Assembly (NCBI GenBank): GCA_043771635.1
Contig: JAYVHA010000019.1
Coordinates: 71,009-135,008, forward strand
DNA from: Candidatus Woesearchaeota archaeon
Lineage (GTDB): Archaea > Nanobdellota > Nanobdellia > Woesearchaeales > SKIA01
DNA length: 64,000 nucleotides
Direction of reading: 5' to 3'
A program made the position numbers and the translations under genes. This document shows, piece after piece, positions 38,611 to 47,607 of this stretch (position 1 is the first letter of the stretch; every line of letters starts with the position of its first letter). The notes under the pieces are model-generated. The model was not told the DNA's origin. It searched no databases and was given only the letters and a program-made list of their open reading frames with translations.

Positions 38611-41458
38611 GGCCATAGTAGTGCACTAATAGTAGCGCGACTCCGACAATTAGCGCAACAATAACAACTAGACTAGCTGCAAAAGAAACCCCTGACGGGT
38701 CAGTCCACGATGATGAGTCATTTGGCAGCGCCACAATTCCTGACGAACCGTTGTCTGCCCTAGCAGGAATAAGAAGCGTATTTGGTACCGCAGGTAAAGA
38801 CTCGTTTACTGCGCCTGCTTGCTTCTTGCTCATCATTTCTGCAAGCAATTTTTTAGGTATTACAGCAAACGCGGAGAAACCGGGCGTGGTCGCAGCGATA
38901 GTTACTGAATTCATGTTTTCACTTGTTTGAACAACAGGAAGTTCGCGCCAAGCACCATCCGAGAAGTGCACTACTGCTAAGTCTTCAAACGTAAGTTTTC
39001 GGGCTGAAAGCCACAGCTTCTGAACTGTAATTGTTAATGTTGCTTCTTTGAACGCAGTAGGTTTTCCAAACGAAATATCGTAGTATATCATAGCATCACT
39101 AAATGGTTTAGCAACGTCTTCTGGCTGTAGCACCTTAACTGAGACGGGCACTTCTGGAGTTGCTTGCTCAAACACGAAACTAAGCGATTGTAAGCCACCA
39201 ATTCCAATCACTACTGAGGGTTTACTTCCCGACGCTGACGCACTTATAGTGCGATTAATTGTAAGCGCGCCTGGAGCTGCCGGAGTAACTATTCCGCCAC
39301 CGCCACCTCCGCCACCACGACCGCCACCACCGCTTGATGGAGCCGCATCTGTGGTTGCGTTCAATCCTAATTCGACGTAAGCAACATTGCCTGCGCGGTC
39401 TTTACAATGCGCACCATATTCAATTGTGGTGCTGGCAGTTAAGCCTGACAATGTTACTGTGTGCGCCGAAGTGTTTGTTACAGCGAATGCTGTTTTAGCA
39501 CCGTATGAAGTATTACTTACTCCATAGCGGCATTCAGCAATTTCGTTAGTAGTAATATTTAGCACATAGCCGTCACTGCTCTCGCTTGTCACTATGAAAG
39601 CGCTTTGCGTCGGAGCAGTGTAATCGGCAGTAATTGTTATATTATCAGAAAATGCAGTATTGCTGCCATCGGTGCCGTTAATGCGTAGAGCGCGCGTGCC
39701 TGCTGCAAGCGAGGTAAGGTTTAGTATGTATTGCGTGCCGTTAGTCGCAACGCCGCTAGAGTTAAAGGCGCCATCGAGCATAAAACTAAATGGCAGAAGT
39801 GTAGTGGAATCGTCAGTAATCGTAAAACTTAATGCCACTGTTGCGTTTGTGAAAATGCCAGTTGCTGGAGAGTTAATTACTATGCTTGGCGCGTCAAGAT
39901 CAACCGTCAGTGTGCGTACTGATGAATTTCTTCGATTGTTTAATCCGTCTGCTACTTCAACTTGATAGCTGTGCGCGCCAACCGTCAAACCAGTTACGGG
40001 TACACCTGTTGCTGTATTATTAGTTGCCGTTGCACTTGACGCAACAAGTCCATCAACAAACAGCCTATAATCAATTGAAACGCTTACTGCGTCAAGCGGC
40101 GTGAACACCACAGTAGTGTTGTTAACTGCAATTACGGCGGCGTTGCTTGGCGCACTTATTGAGACTGTAGGCGCTGTTGAGTCTGTGGTGAGAGTAATTA
40201 CATTTGAGGCTTGCAGCCCGACATTGTCACTCACATTTACGCGCACGGTATGTACACCGTCAGCGAGTGCGGATAGGTTTACCAGGTAGCCTGCGCCGAC
40301 AGGCCCACCGCCATTTTGGACAAGACTATTATCAACATACACGCGATAGCTAACGTTTGTAGCCTGACCATCTGTGAACGTCAATGTTAGTTGAGGAGTT
40401 GTGTCGTTTGTCGCAAATGCGTTCGCTGGCGAAGTGATTGTTACTGAAGGAGCCGCAGTGTCGACAGTCAATGAAATACTGTCAGCTGCTGTAAAGCCGC
40501 CTTCATCAGTAATGTTAACTGTAACATTATGAGAGCCGTCAGCCAACGCGCCGAGTGTGATAATTCGCCCAACACCAATGTTCTCGCCACCATTTTGCGT
40601 CTCGGAGCCATCCACAATTACGCGGTAGCTCACGTTTGCCGAAACAGAATCGCCTAAGGTGACAGTTAATGATGGCGTGTTGTCACTTGTGCTGATGCCG
40701 TCAAGCGGCGCTGTGATGCTAACTGTTGGCGGCGCTGCGTCAATTGACACGGTTACTGAGTCCGTGTCCGTGTTACCACCAACATCAATTACTGTAACAA
40801 GAAGTGTGTATGTTCCATCTCCGAGCGCTGTAAGATTAATTTCCAACGTGCCCGGAGCAGTTTGATTTGTTTGCGCAAGCACGCCGTCAATACGAAGGGT
40901 GTAGTTTACTAATGCTGACTGCGCGTCGACAAGCGTTATTGAAAGTACGGGCGTAACGTTGCCCGATATGCTGTTATCAGCAGGTGTGTCAATTACTATT
41001 GTCGGGGCAACGCCATCAACAACAATGTTGCTGTTAGCGTTCAAACTGCCCGCGTTTCCAGGCAATACGAGTGTCAGCGTAGCAGTATCATTAAGAAGCG
41101 CGCCCTCAATAGCGCCAGAGTTTAGCATGAGCGCGTTGATGTTAGTGTAATCAAGTTCTGCCGCCGCGTCACCTGTTGCTACTGTATACGTAAAAGTTAA
41201 CGTATCAGTTCCGTTGCCACTTGCGTAATCTGCAGTCTGGTCTGTTGCGCCGAGTTCAATCTCGAGCTGCGGAGTTCCATTGACAGTTACGGCTTCGCTA
41301 AACGTGATTGTTAGTGTAAAAGTGTCACCAACACCGTAGGTCCCGTCGGTTCCATCAACACCCGTGACTACTGGTTCTGCTACAGCTGCGGGAAGCGCAA
41401 CTAGAAGGCATAAGCTGCAAATAAAATAGCCAATAAAATAGCCAGATCGGAGGCGCAT
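38594..41458 (-). CDS. Ig-like repeat surface protein with PGF-pre-PGF domain and C-terminal TM
   Basis: Signal peptide; TFSEAVTVNGTPQL...YASGNGTDTLTFTYTV module; about five D..PTV.I.SP Ig repeats; poly-Gly hinge; W.ELP...ATTPGFSAFAV. Confidence 0.85.
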   Translation of the reverse strand: MRLRSGYFIGYFICSLCLLVALPAAVAEPVVTGVDGTDGTYGVGDTFTLTITFSEAVTVNGTPQLEIELGATDQTADYASGNGTDTLTFTYTVATGDAAAELDYTNINALMLNSGAIEGALLNDTATLTLVLPGNAGSLNANSNIVVDGVAPTIVIDTPADNSISGNVTPVLSITLVDAQSALVNYTLRIDGVLAQTNQTAPGTLEINLTALGDGTYTLLVTVIDVGGNTDTDSVTVSIDAAPPTVSITAPLDGISTSDNTPSLTVTLGDSVSANVSYRVIVDGSETQNGGENIGVGRIITLGALADGSHNVTVNITDEGGFTAADSISLTVDTAAPSVTITSPANAFATNDTTPQLTLTFTDGQATNVSYRVYVDNSLVQNGGGPVGAGYLVNLSALADGVHTVRVNVSDNVGLQASNVITLTTDSTAPTVSISAPSNAAVIAVNNTTVVFTPLDAVSVSIDYRLFVDGLVASSATATNNTATGVPVTGLTVGAHSYQVEVADGLNNRRNSSVRTLTVDLDAPSIVINSPATGIFTNATVALSFTITDDSTTLLPFSFMLDGAFNSSGVATNGTQYILNLTSLAAGTRALRINGTDGSNTAFSDNITITADYTAPTQSAFIVTSESSDGYVLNITTNEIAECRYGVSNTSYGAKTAFAVTNTSAHTVTLSGLTASTTIEYGAHCKDRAGNVAYVELGLNATTDAAPSSGGGGRGGGGGGGGIVTPAAPGALTINRTISASASGSKPSVVIGIGGLQSLSFVFEQATPEVPVSVKVLQPEDVAKPFSDAMIYYDISFGKPTAFKEATLTITVQKLWLSARKLTFEDLAVVHFSDGAWRELPVVQTSENMNSVTIAATTPGFSAFAVIPKKLLAEMMSKKQAGAVNESLPAVPNTLLIPARADNGSSGIVALPNDSSSWTDPSGVSFAASLVVIVALIVGVALLLVHYYGHGSNK

Positions 41459-41599
41459 AATCAAGGTTGTGTGCTATCGTTAAAAAAGGTACTGCATCAA
41501 AGACCGATTATCATTATCACTACATAATTGCAAAAATGAAATGGTACTATGCTAGAATTAGAAATTATACAAAAGTTAAAAAAATTGAAAAAAATAGGT

Positions 41600-42115
41600 T
41601 TATGCGCGCTTACTAGCGACCAGACCAACGCCTAGAAGGCCAATGGTGCCGATCGCAAGGATGCTGCTAAACTCTGGAACTTCAGTGTCGCCCTGAGTGT
41701 CGCTTTGTGAGTCGCTGTTTTCAGAGACTAGGTTCTTGTTACTGTGACCTGAACTGCCGCGTGAACAAAGCACGATAGCAGTTAGCCCTGGACCGGTTGC
41801 CGAACCGTCACGTGCCTTTTCAGCGATGACGATTGCGCCAGACTCAGTAACTGCGAACGCAGTGCGAACTTCCTTGTTTGAAGTCCAGTCTGCGCTTGCA
41901 GTGCTACCAGTTACTTCGGTGTGAAAGCTTGGACGCTCGTATTCCTTAACCCAGGCAGTGCCGGACCAAGTCCACGAAGCGACGTCGTAACGTTGACCGT
42001 TCTCACGGCAAATTGTAGTGCCGTCAAACGATGACTCGCTGGTTGCGACAGCGCCTGGAAGGGCGACTGCTACTAGAGCGAAAATTGCGAAGAGTGCTTT
42101 TGTGAGTGTCTTCAT
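41600..42115 (-). CDS. Small secreted protein with VPEF-CTERM (PEF-CTERM-like) sorting signal
   Basis: Signal peptide; C-terminus TEVPEFSSILAIGTIGLLGVGLVASKRA = motif + TM + basic residues. Confidence 0.85.
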   Translation of the reverse strand: MKTLTKALFAIFALVAVALPGAVATSESSFDGTTICRENGQRYDVASWTWSGTAWVKEYERPSFHTEVTGSTASADWTSNKEVRTAFAVTESGAIVIAEKARDGSATGPGLTAIVLCSRGSSGHSNKNLVSENSDSQSDTQGDTEVPEFSSILAIGTIGLLGVGLVASKRA

Positions 42116-42157
42116 AAGAATATTAGAGTGGTTTAGCTATATAAACCTTGCTAATTA

Positions 42158-42173
42158 GTCACTACTAGATAGT
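42158..42173 (-). promoter_or_regulatory. Palindromic operator candidate upstream of the VPEF-CTERM gene
   Basis: GTCACT-ACTA-GATAGT 43 nt upstream of ATG 42115, just beyond TATA box 42138-42146. Confidence 0.5.
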
Positions 42174-42328
42174 AATGTATTTTTCGGATTGGCAGTAAAA
42201 GCGAAAAATCTAGTTTAGTGGTTGGATGGACAAACAAAGCAGTAATAGAAGTATTATGGCGCCGAGCTATAGCTTGTTTGTTCGGAACTGTAGCTATTGC
42301 CGCAATAAAATACTCTAATTTGGACGAA

Positions 42329-44221
42329 TTATCGAAGCCTTACTGCTTCTAAGTTTCGCGGACACACAGTTTCAATTCGGAACTGCTTGTGGATTGTGCT
42401 TGCCAAGTCAAGGCATCTGCTCGACTCGCCGTGGTTCAAAATAACCTTCTTTGGCTTCGGATTGAGCGCAGTCATAAACGCGATAAGTTCCTTGCGGTCA
42501 GCGTGGCCAGATACGTCTAACTTGTGCACTTCCAAGCGGCACTTCAGGATTTCCTGTCCTGTGCCTTTGCGGAACGCAAACTCAGTCTCTCCACCCCAAA
42601 CACGCTTCGCAAGCGAGCCAGGAGCTAGGTAACTACTAAACATAATTGCGTTCTTCTCTTGCTCCGCGAGCTGCTTGAAGTATTCCACAGACGCGCCACC
42701 ATTAAGCATGCCTGACGTTGCAAGAATGATACATGGCTCTGCGCTCTCGATTACCTTATTACGCTCGTTTGCGCTTCCAACACGCTTAACCCACTCCGCA
42801 AGGAAGGGATTGTTATCTTTGTGGAAGATTTGCTGGCGAATGTCTGCATTCAAAAACTCAGGATACGCAGTGTAAATTGCGGTAATGTCCCAAACTAGAC
42901 CGTCAATATAGATAGGTACTGGGTCGATTAGTTTATTGCGAATCATGCGGTCAATAATGACAAGCACTTCTTGGCCTCGGCCAGAGCCGAGGACAGGCAT
43001 TAACAGTTTACCGCCGCGCGCAAAGATTTCCTTACAGGTCGCCGCGAACTGCTCATCCTGCTCGTTTGGAGGCGGCGAGATATTGTCTTTAGCGCCGTAC
43101 GTTGCTTCAAGCATGAGCGTTTCGAGGCGCGGGAACTTAGTAACTGCAGGCGAGAGTAGGCTTGTTTTAGTGTACTTGATGTCTCCAGTGTAGAGTATGT
43201 TGTGTAGGCCGTTGCCAATGTGCAAGTGCACCATTGCGCCACCAATAATGTGACCTGAATTGTGGAACGTGATTCTCACATCCGGCGTGATGTCAGTTAC
43301 TTCCTCATAATCAAGAATTATTGAGTGCTTAACGAACTCCTTGACTTCGTCTTCACCATAAATCGGCTCGTCGCGCTCGGTGCGCTGAATCTTCACAGTG
43401 TCAAGCTGCATAAGCGCGCTAATGTCGCGCGTCGGCGCAGTACAATAAACAGGTCCACGGTAGCCGTACTTGTACAAGTAAGGAATAAACGCGCTGTGGT
43501 CAACGTGCGCGTGGCTAAGAATTACTGCGTCGAGTTCGTCAATTTTGAATTCGGGCGCGTCAAGGTAAGGATACGCGTCTTCGGTGTCCGTCGACACGTC
43601 AATACCGCAGTCTAGTAGAATACGCGATTCTTGCGTTTGGAGTAAGATACAGGATCTACCTACTTGACGACCTGAGCCGAGGTATGTTAAGCGAATCCAC
43701 TCATGCTTGCGCCCGCGCATCCAACCATCGTAAATTCTGCGGCCGGTGCGGTCAAGGAACTTTCGACGGTAATCGGAGTGCTGGTACAGTACAGTACGAA
43801 TGCCTTCAATTATTTTTGATCTGATTGGCGGCACGCGTACAACAGTCGGCATCCAGAAAGTCTGGCCTTTAATTTCAGTAGTTACGTCGTTATGACGACC
43901 CGCTAGTAGCGCCGGGTTCTCGACTTCAATAGTCACGAGCGAGCGCTGCGGATCAAACAGTACTTGGTCAAGGCCTGCTTCCTTAGGAATTAATTTTCTG
44001 ATGATTTCTTCCGCCCTTTCTTCATCAACTTGCAGCGCAGGGTCAGGTCTGAGCTCAATTCGCTTTTTCACGTCCATGACGGCAGTGCGCACTAAGTCAT
44101 TGCCTTCCATGAAAAACTTGCGGTCTTTGGTGTAGAGCACAATGTTTGCGCCTTCGAACACTGCGTCCGAGACTTTGTCTTTGGGTACGGTTTTGAATAT
44201 TGCTTCGAAAATTGGGTTCAT
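42329..44221 (-). CDS. fttA: Beta-CASP ribonuclease aCPSF1 (FttA), KH + metallo-beta-lactamase
   Basis: FEGANIVLYT KH region, LG...QVGRSC, LDCG, SHAHVDH, SGHIIG, TGD, EATYG, TSGML.GG, SGHAD, NHGE; adjacent to psmB. Confidence 0.95.
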   Translation of the reverse strand: MNPIFEAIFKTVPKDKVSDAVFEGANIVLYTKDRKFFMEGNDLVRTAVMDVKKRIELRPDPALQVDEERAEEIIRKLIPKEAGLDQVLFDPQRSLVTIEVENPALLAGRHNDVTTEIKGQTFWMPTVVRVPPIRSKIIEGIRTVLYQHSDYRRKFLDRTGRRIYDGWMRGRKHEWIRLTYLGSGRQVGRSCILLQTQESRILLDCGIDVSTDTEDAYPYLDAPEFKIDELDAVILSHAHVDHSAFIPYLYKYGYRGPVYCTAPTRDISALMQLDTVKIQRTERDEPIYGEDEVKEFVKHSIILDYEEVTDITPDVRITFHNSGHIIGGAMVHLHIGNGLHNILYTGDIKYTKTSLLSPAVTKFPRLETLMLEATYGAKDNISPPPNEQDEQFAATCKEIFARGGKLLMPVLGSGRGQEVLVIIDRMIRNKLIDPVPIYIDGLVWDITAIYTAYPEFLNADIRQQIFHKDNNPFLAEWVKRVGSANERNKVIESAEPCIILATSGMLNGGASVEYFKQLAEQEKNAIMFSSYLAPGSLAKRVWGGETEFAFRKGTGQEILKCRLEVHKLDVSGHADRKELIAFMTALNPKPKKVILNHGESSRCLDLASTIHKQFRIETVCPRNLEAVRLR

Positions 44222-44313
44222 GAGGGAACTCGTTTAGTTTTGGCTTTGCGCCGTTGTAAGAAATGAGAGTAAAAAAATTCTTAAAATTATTAATTGATTA
44301 ATTTAACAATTCT

Positions 44314-44946
44314 TTAAGCGACCGGCATGTTGCGTAGGTGCACAGTCTCGCGGTGAAGCGCGCCCTGCTTGTTCACAACATACACGTCGTAGCCGTTTCC
44401 AGAGCCGGTGTCGCGCTCAATTGCTGTAGTAATCGCCTTTTTAGCAACAGTAACTGCGTCGTTCTCGCTCATGCCTGCTTTGTAGTGCGTTTCCAGCACT
44501 GCAATTGCGTACGGAGTGCCAGAGCCAGTAGCTTCAAAGTTCTCAATAGGGCTTACGACGCCGTCAATTGTGATTTCGTACAAGTGTACGCCCTCTGAGT
44601 CTGCGCCTGCGAGCAGGAAGCCTGCAATTGAGCCCTGTGAGCGCAGGCCGCTGTAGTTAAAGCCAGCAATGAGGTTTGCCGCTGCCTTGAGGGAAGTTGG
44701 CATACCCGTCTTAAGCTCCTTTAGCTTGAGCTCAGCACGAATATACTTTACCATAAGTTGAATGTCGGACACGACGCCTGTAATGGTTACAAGCATGCGG
44801 TCGTTAATTGGGAGAATCTTGGTAACGTTCTTCTCGGCAATGTAATAGCCTGCGGTTGCACGCTTGTCTGCTGCGAGAACAATCGAGTCCTTTGCAACAA
44901 TGCCTACTGTCGTAGTACCAGTCTTTCTTTTATGAATTGTTTCCAT
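44314..44946 (-). CDS. psmB: Proteasome subunit beta
   Basis: Propeptide ...KTG/TTTVGI, AADKRATAG, ATGSG, AIERDTGSG. Confidence 0.96.
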   Translation of the reverse strand: METIHKRKTGTTTVGIVAKDSIVLAADKRATAGYYIAEKNVTKILPINDRMLVTITGVVSDIQLMVKYIRAELKLKELKTGMPTSLKAAANLIAGFNYSGLRSQGSIAGFLLAGADSEGVHLYEITIDGVVSPIENFEATGSGTPYAIAVLETHYKAGMSENDAVTVAKKAITTAIERDTGSGNGYDVYVVNKQGALHRETVHLRNMPVA

Positions 44947-45176
44947 GAATCTCCTCAACTTGCAATCAATACTGCAGAATCTTATAAGGGGTGGACGAAG
45001 GGGGTTTTTTATACGTTTCGCAATGGAATTTTCGGGTTTTTCGCTTCTTTAAGTCCGAAATTACAACAAAATGGCGACGCTAATCAGCATCTTTTTGCTT
45101 TAGAACCTATTTTGACCTTTTTGTTAACGTCAACAAAATGGTCTGAATTTATCTGCTAAGAATTTTTGCAAACCCC

Positions 45177-45653
45177 CTATTGCTGCTTTTGAACAATAGC
45201 CCGCAAGTTCTTGTAAAAAGTTTGGGCGTTCGCTATACTTTCTCTTGCAGGCATTTGGTTCGCCTGTGGAAGGGTTTTGTAGGTGAAATCTCCTCGCTTC
45301 TTTTTTTCGTCGTGAAATATACCTAATAGTGTTTCCGCTCGCACTAACGCTTCTTGGTACAATTTAAGCAACTCAAGATCTAATTCTCCAGTTTTTGCGT
45401 ATTTCATTAATGCCACATATGCTTTCTTATGCTCTTGAGGAGCCACTAGTTTTACTCCTTTATTGATAAGATAGGCTTTTGCGCAATAAAATATGCAGTA
45501 GTAACAATGAGTAATAGTTGCACTGTAGTAAGTTTCAGGATATTTTTCATCAAACAACTTTGTTTGCAGTGGAAAATCTTGGCTAACTGCAAAAACAATT
45601 TTAGCTAGCTTAAGTTCGTTTTCTGCCCTTTCAAGAAACAATACTGAATCCAT
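45177..45653 (-). CDS. HEPN-domain protein (putative toxin of MNT-HEPN pair)
   Basis: FLERAENEL, YY.IFY.AKAYL, H, KRGDFTY (R-X4-Y variant). Confidence 0.82.
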   Translation of the reverse strand: MDSVLFLERAENELKLAKIVFAVSQDFPLQTKLFDEKYPETYYSATITHCYYCIFYCAKAYLINKGVKLVAPQEHKKAYVALMKYAKTGELDLELLKLYQEALVRAETLLGIFHDEKKKRGDFTYKTLPQANQMPARESIANAQTFYKNLRAIVQKQQ

Positions 45654-46251
45654 GCGAAATACCTTCGTCCAATATACTATAAAAAATTGATGCGTTTAAA
45701 ATGACCAAATGCTTTTTAGCTATTTGCTTTCCGAGATTTTCCTCACGAGCTAATAGCATCTCAAGCATTTCTTTTCTAGTAAATACTTGCCAATCTATAT
45801 TTAGCAAAGATTTGTTGGCAGCCGCTTTGAGCGATAGGTTACAATCATTTTTTTCTTCGAATGAATTTACAATTACTGCTAAGTCAAGGTCCGAATCCTT
45901 TGTTTGCCTATCCTCAGCATACGAACCGAATACTAGTATAGTGACAAAACTTGTAGGAAGTTCTTCTCGAACAAATCGTAAACTTAATTTGACCGCTTTA
46001 GACAACTTATTTTGAATATAAATATCGAAATAAGCTAAAGCACTAGTGTTAGTTAATTTTACTTTGTAAAGGAAATTATTTCCTACGCTTCGCTTAGTCA
46101 ATAAGTCTTCTTGTATGAAAGCAGCAATAGCGCGCTGTAAAACTGAATTAGATTTCTCTTTTGTAATCTCTTTTATTTCACTATAGGTTAATTCACGATA
46201 GGGATGTTTACAAAACGCGCCAAAAATAGTAATTTGTTTAGGGTTTAGCAT
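45631..46251 (-). CDS. Minimal nucleotidyltransferase (MNT) with N-terminal winged-helix domain
   Basis: N-terminal wHTH (LTYSEIKE...SVLQRAI..F.QE.LL); VFGSYA, SDLDLAV; overlaps HEPN gene. Confidence 0.85.
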   Translation of the reverse strand: MLNPKQITIFGAFCKHPYRELTYSEIKEITKEKSNSVLQRAIAAFIQEDLLTKRSVGNNFLYKVKLTNTSALAYFDIYIQNKLSKAVKLSLRFVREELPTSFVTILVFGSYAEDRQTKDSDLDLAVIVNSFEEKNDCNLSLKAAANKSLLNIDWQVFTRKEMLEMLLAREENLGKQIAKKHLVILNASIFYSILDEGISHGFSIVS

Positions 46252-46254
46252 CTA

Positions 46255-46296
46255 ATACCTTATTAAAGGTATATTCATACCTCTTTAGAAGTATAT
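46255..46296 (-). promoter_or_regulatory. Two tandem palindromes over the MNT-HEPN promoter (probable autoregulatory operators)
   Basis: ATACCT-TATTAA-AGGTAT (46255-46272) and ATACCT-CTTTAG-AAGTAT (46277-46294), 22-bp period. Confidence 0.6.
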
Positions 46297-46343
46297 AAAT
46301 ATTTCTAAAATAGCCCTAAATTGCTATAGAAATAGCTTCAGAG

Positions 46344-46880
46344 CTACTGCGCAACCGTACTTACTACGCCGGTGGTGGTGAAAGGATACGCACCGCCAAC
46401 CTGATTGAATTCGATTTCTATAATGCCATCATAGCGCTGGGATGCAACATAAGTATCAGTAGGTCCGAACTCACATAAAAATACTGCTTTGCTACCTATA
46501 GCAATTGTGTTTGCAGGGACTAAGGCAGCACCAGCAGTGTCTGTTGGAGGGCTACAAACAATGCCTGCAGTATTAACAGACGGCTTAACAACCATAGTCG
46601 TATCAGTCACAACAACATCTACACCATAATTATTTACCAATACAACTTCAATTTGACCGTTACTAGCCAATGGTTTGTGAATTATGAAATCTTCGCAACT
46701 AAACCCCGTTGGGAAACTGCAAATGTTTGAGCGCAGCGAATTAGTATTGAAAAAACCAAGATAGTTGATAACACCAATAGTGGTGAGCACCATTAGTAAG
46801 CCAAAGCCATACGTCGTAAGATACTCAAGCGCAGCTTGCCCTTTGCGGCGAGTGATTCGGCGGTTAGCGATTGGCTTCAT
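46344..46880 (-). CDS. Type IV pilin-like protein with class III signal peptide
   Basis: RRKG/QAALEYLTTYG, hydrophobic helix, C..P.GF.C. Confidence 0.85.
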   Translation of the reverse strand: MKPIANRRITRRKGQAALEYLTTYGFGLLMVLTTIGVINYLGFFNTNSLRSNICSFPTGFSCEDFIIHKPLASNGQIEVVLVNNYGVDVVVTDTTMVVKPSVNTAGIVCSPPTDTAGAALVPANTIAIGSKAVFLCEFGPTDTYVASQRYDGIIEIEFNQVGGAYPFTTTGVVSTVAQ

Positions 46881-46930
46881 GGGTTAGAGTAATGAAATAA
46901 AAAAAATAAAAAAATACATCAAAGATTTAC

Positions 46931-47461
46931 CTATACAATGGTGTCAGCAATTTCTGCTGAAGCTACGCGGTCGTAGGTACCACCGACTTCTCGGTATGTA
47001 ATCTTGATTGCGACCTTCGCCTTCTGTCCTTCCGCTGGGAAGCCTGCTGCAAGTGCAGTCAATGGACAGTCGATGCTTGCTGTTCCGTCGTTTGCAATTT
47101 GTGTGCCGAATGCAGGACCAGTAGGTACACCCGCTACGCAAGCGTCAGGAGCTCCTGCAACCGCACCAGCACCAGAAATAGTACTAGTAGCCTCCGCAGC
47201 ACTTATCTGAACCGCGTTACCTAGTTGGTTTACAATTACCAAACGCGCAGTTAATGTATCTACGGCAGGAACAGTATCTAAGTCTAGTGTTCGGTCTACA
47301 CAGCGGAATTCGCCGGAGATTAAGCAGCGTCCTGGGAGGAAGTTCTTTGGGTTAAGAACGCCGAAGTAAGAGAGAGCCGCAATCATTAAGAGAATGAGAA
47401 GGAATGCGAATCCGTACGTTGAGAGAAATTCTAGTGCAGCTTGACCGCGTCGTCGTGCCAT
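46931..47461 (-). CDS. Type IV pilin-like protein with class III signal peptide (candidate major pilin)
   Basis: RRRG/QAALEFLSTYG, LSYFGVLNP..FLP.RC; own TATA box (47530-47539) and GAGGT RBS; start 47461 or 47467. Confidence 0.87.
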   Translation of the reverse strand: MARRRGQAALEFLSTYGFAFLLILLMIAALSYFGVLNPKNFLPGRCLISGEFRCVDRTLDLDTVPAVDTLTARLVIVNQLGNAVQISAAEATSTISGAGAVAGAPDACVAGVPTGPAFGTQIANDGTASIDCPLTALAAGFPAEGQKAKVAIKITYREVGGTYDRVASAEIADTIV

Positions 47462-47607
47462 TAACATGTACCTCGTTTGTTTGCGTTGCATTTATAGTGC
47501 GCACACATAGATTAATCCTGAAATTAGCCGTATTTAAAGGTTCCGTTAAGCACCGTCAGTAAACCAGCAAAAGATACTACGCGCAAGGAGTATAACATAG
47601 AAATAAT

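Noticed and set aside
38860-38900. TPGF in the Ig protein as a PGF-CTERM sorting signal
   Set aside because: It lies about 90 aa before the C-terminus at the end of the PGF-pre-PGF domain and is not followed directly by the TM
44960-45176. Intergenic region upstream of psmB with CAACAAAATGG twice and a weak inverted repeat
   Set aside because: Only two 11-nt copies in AT-rich DNA; no convincing structure
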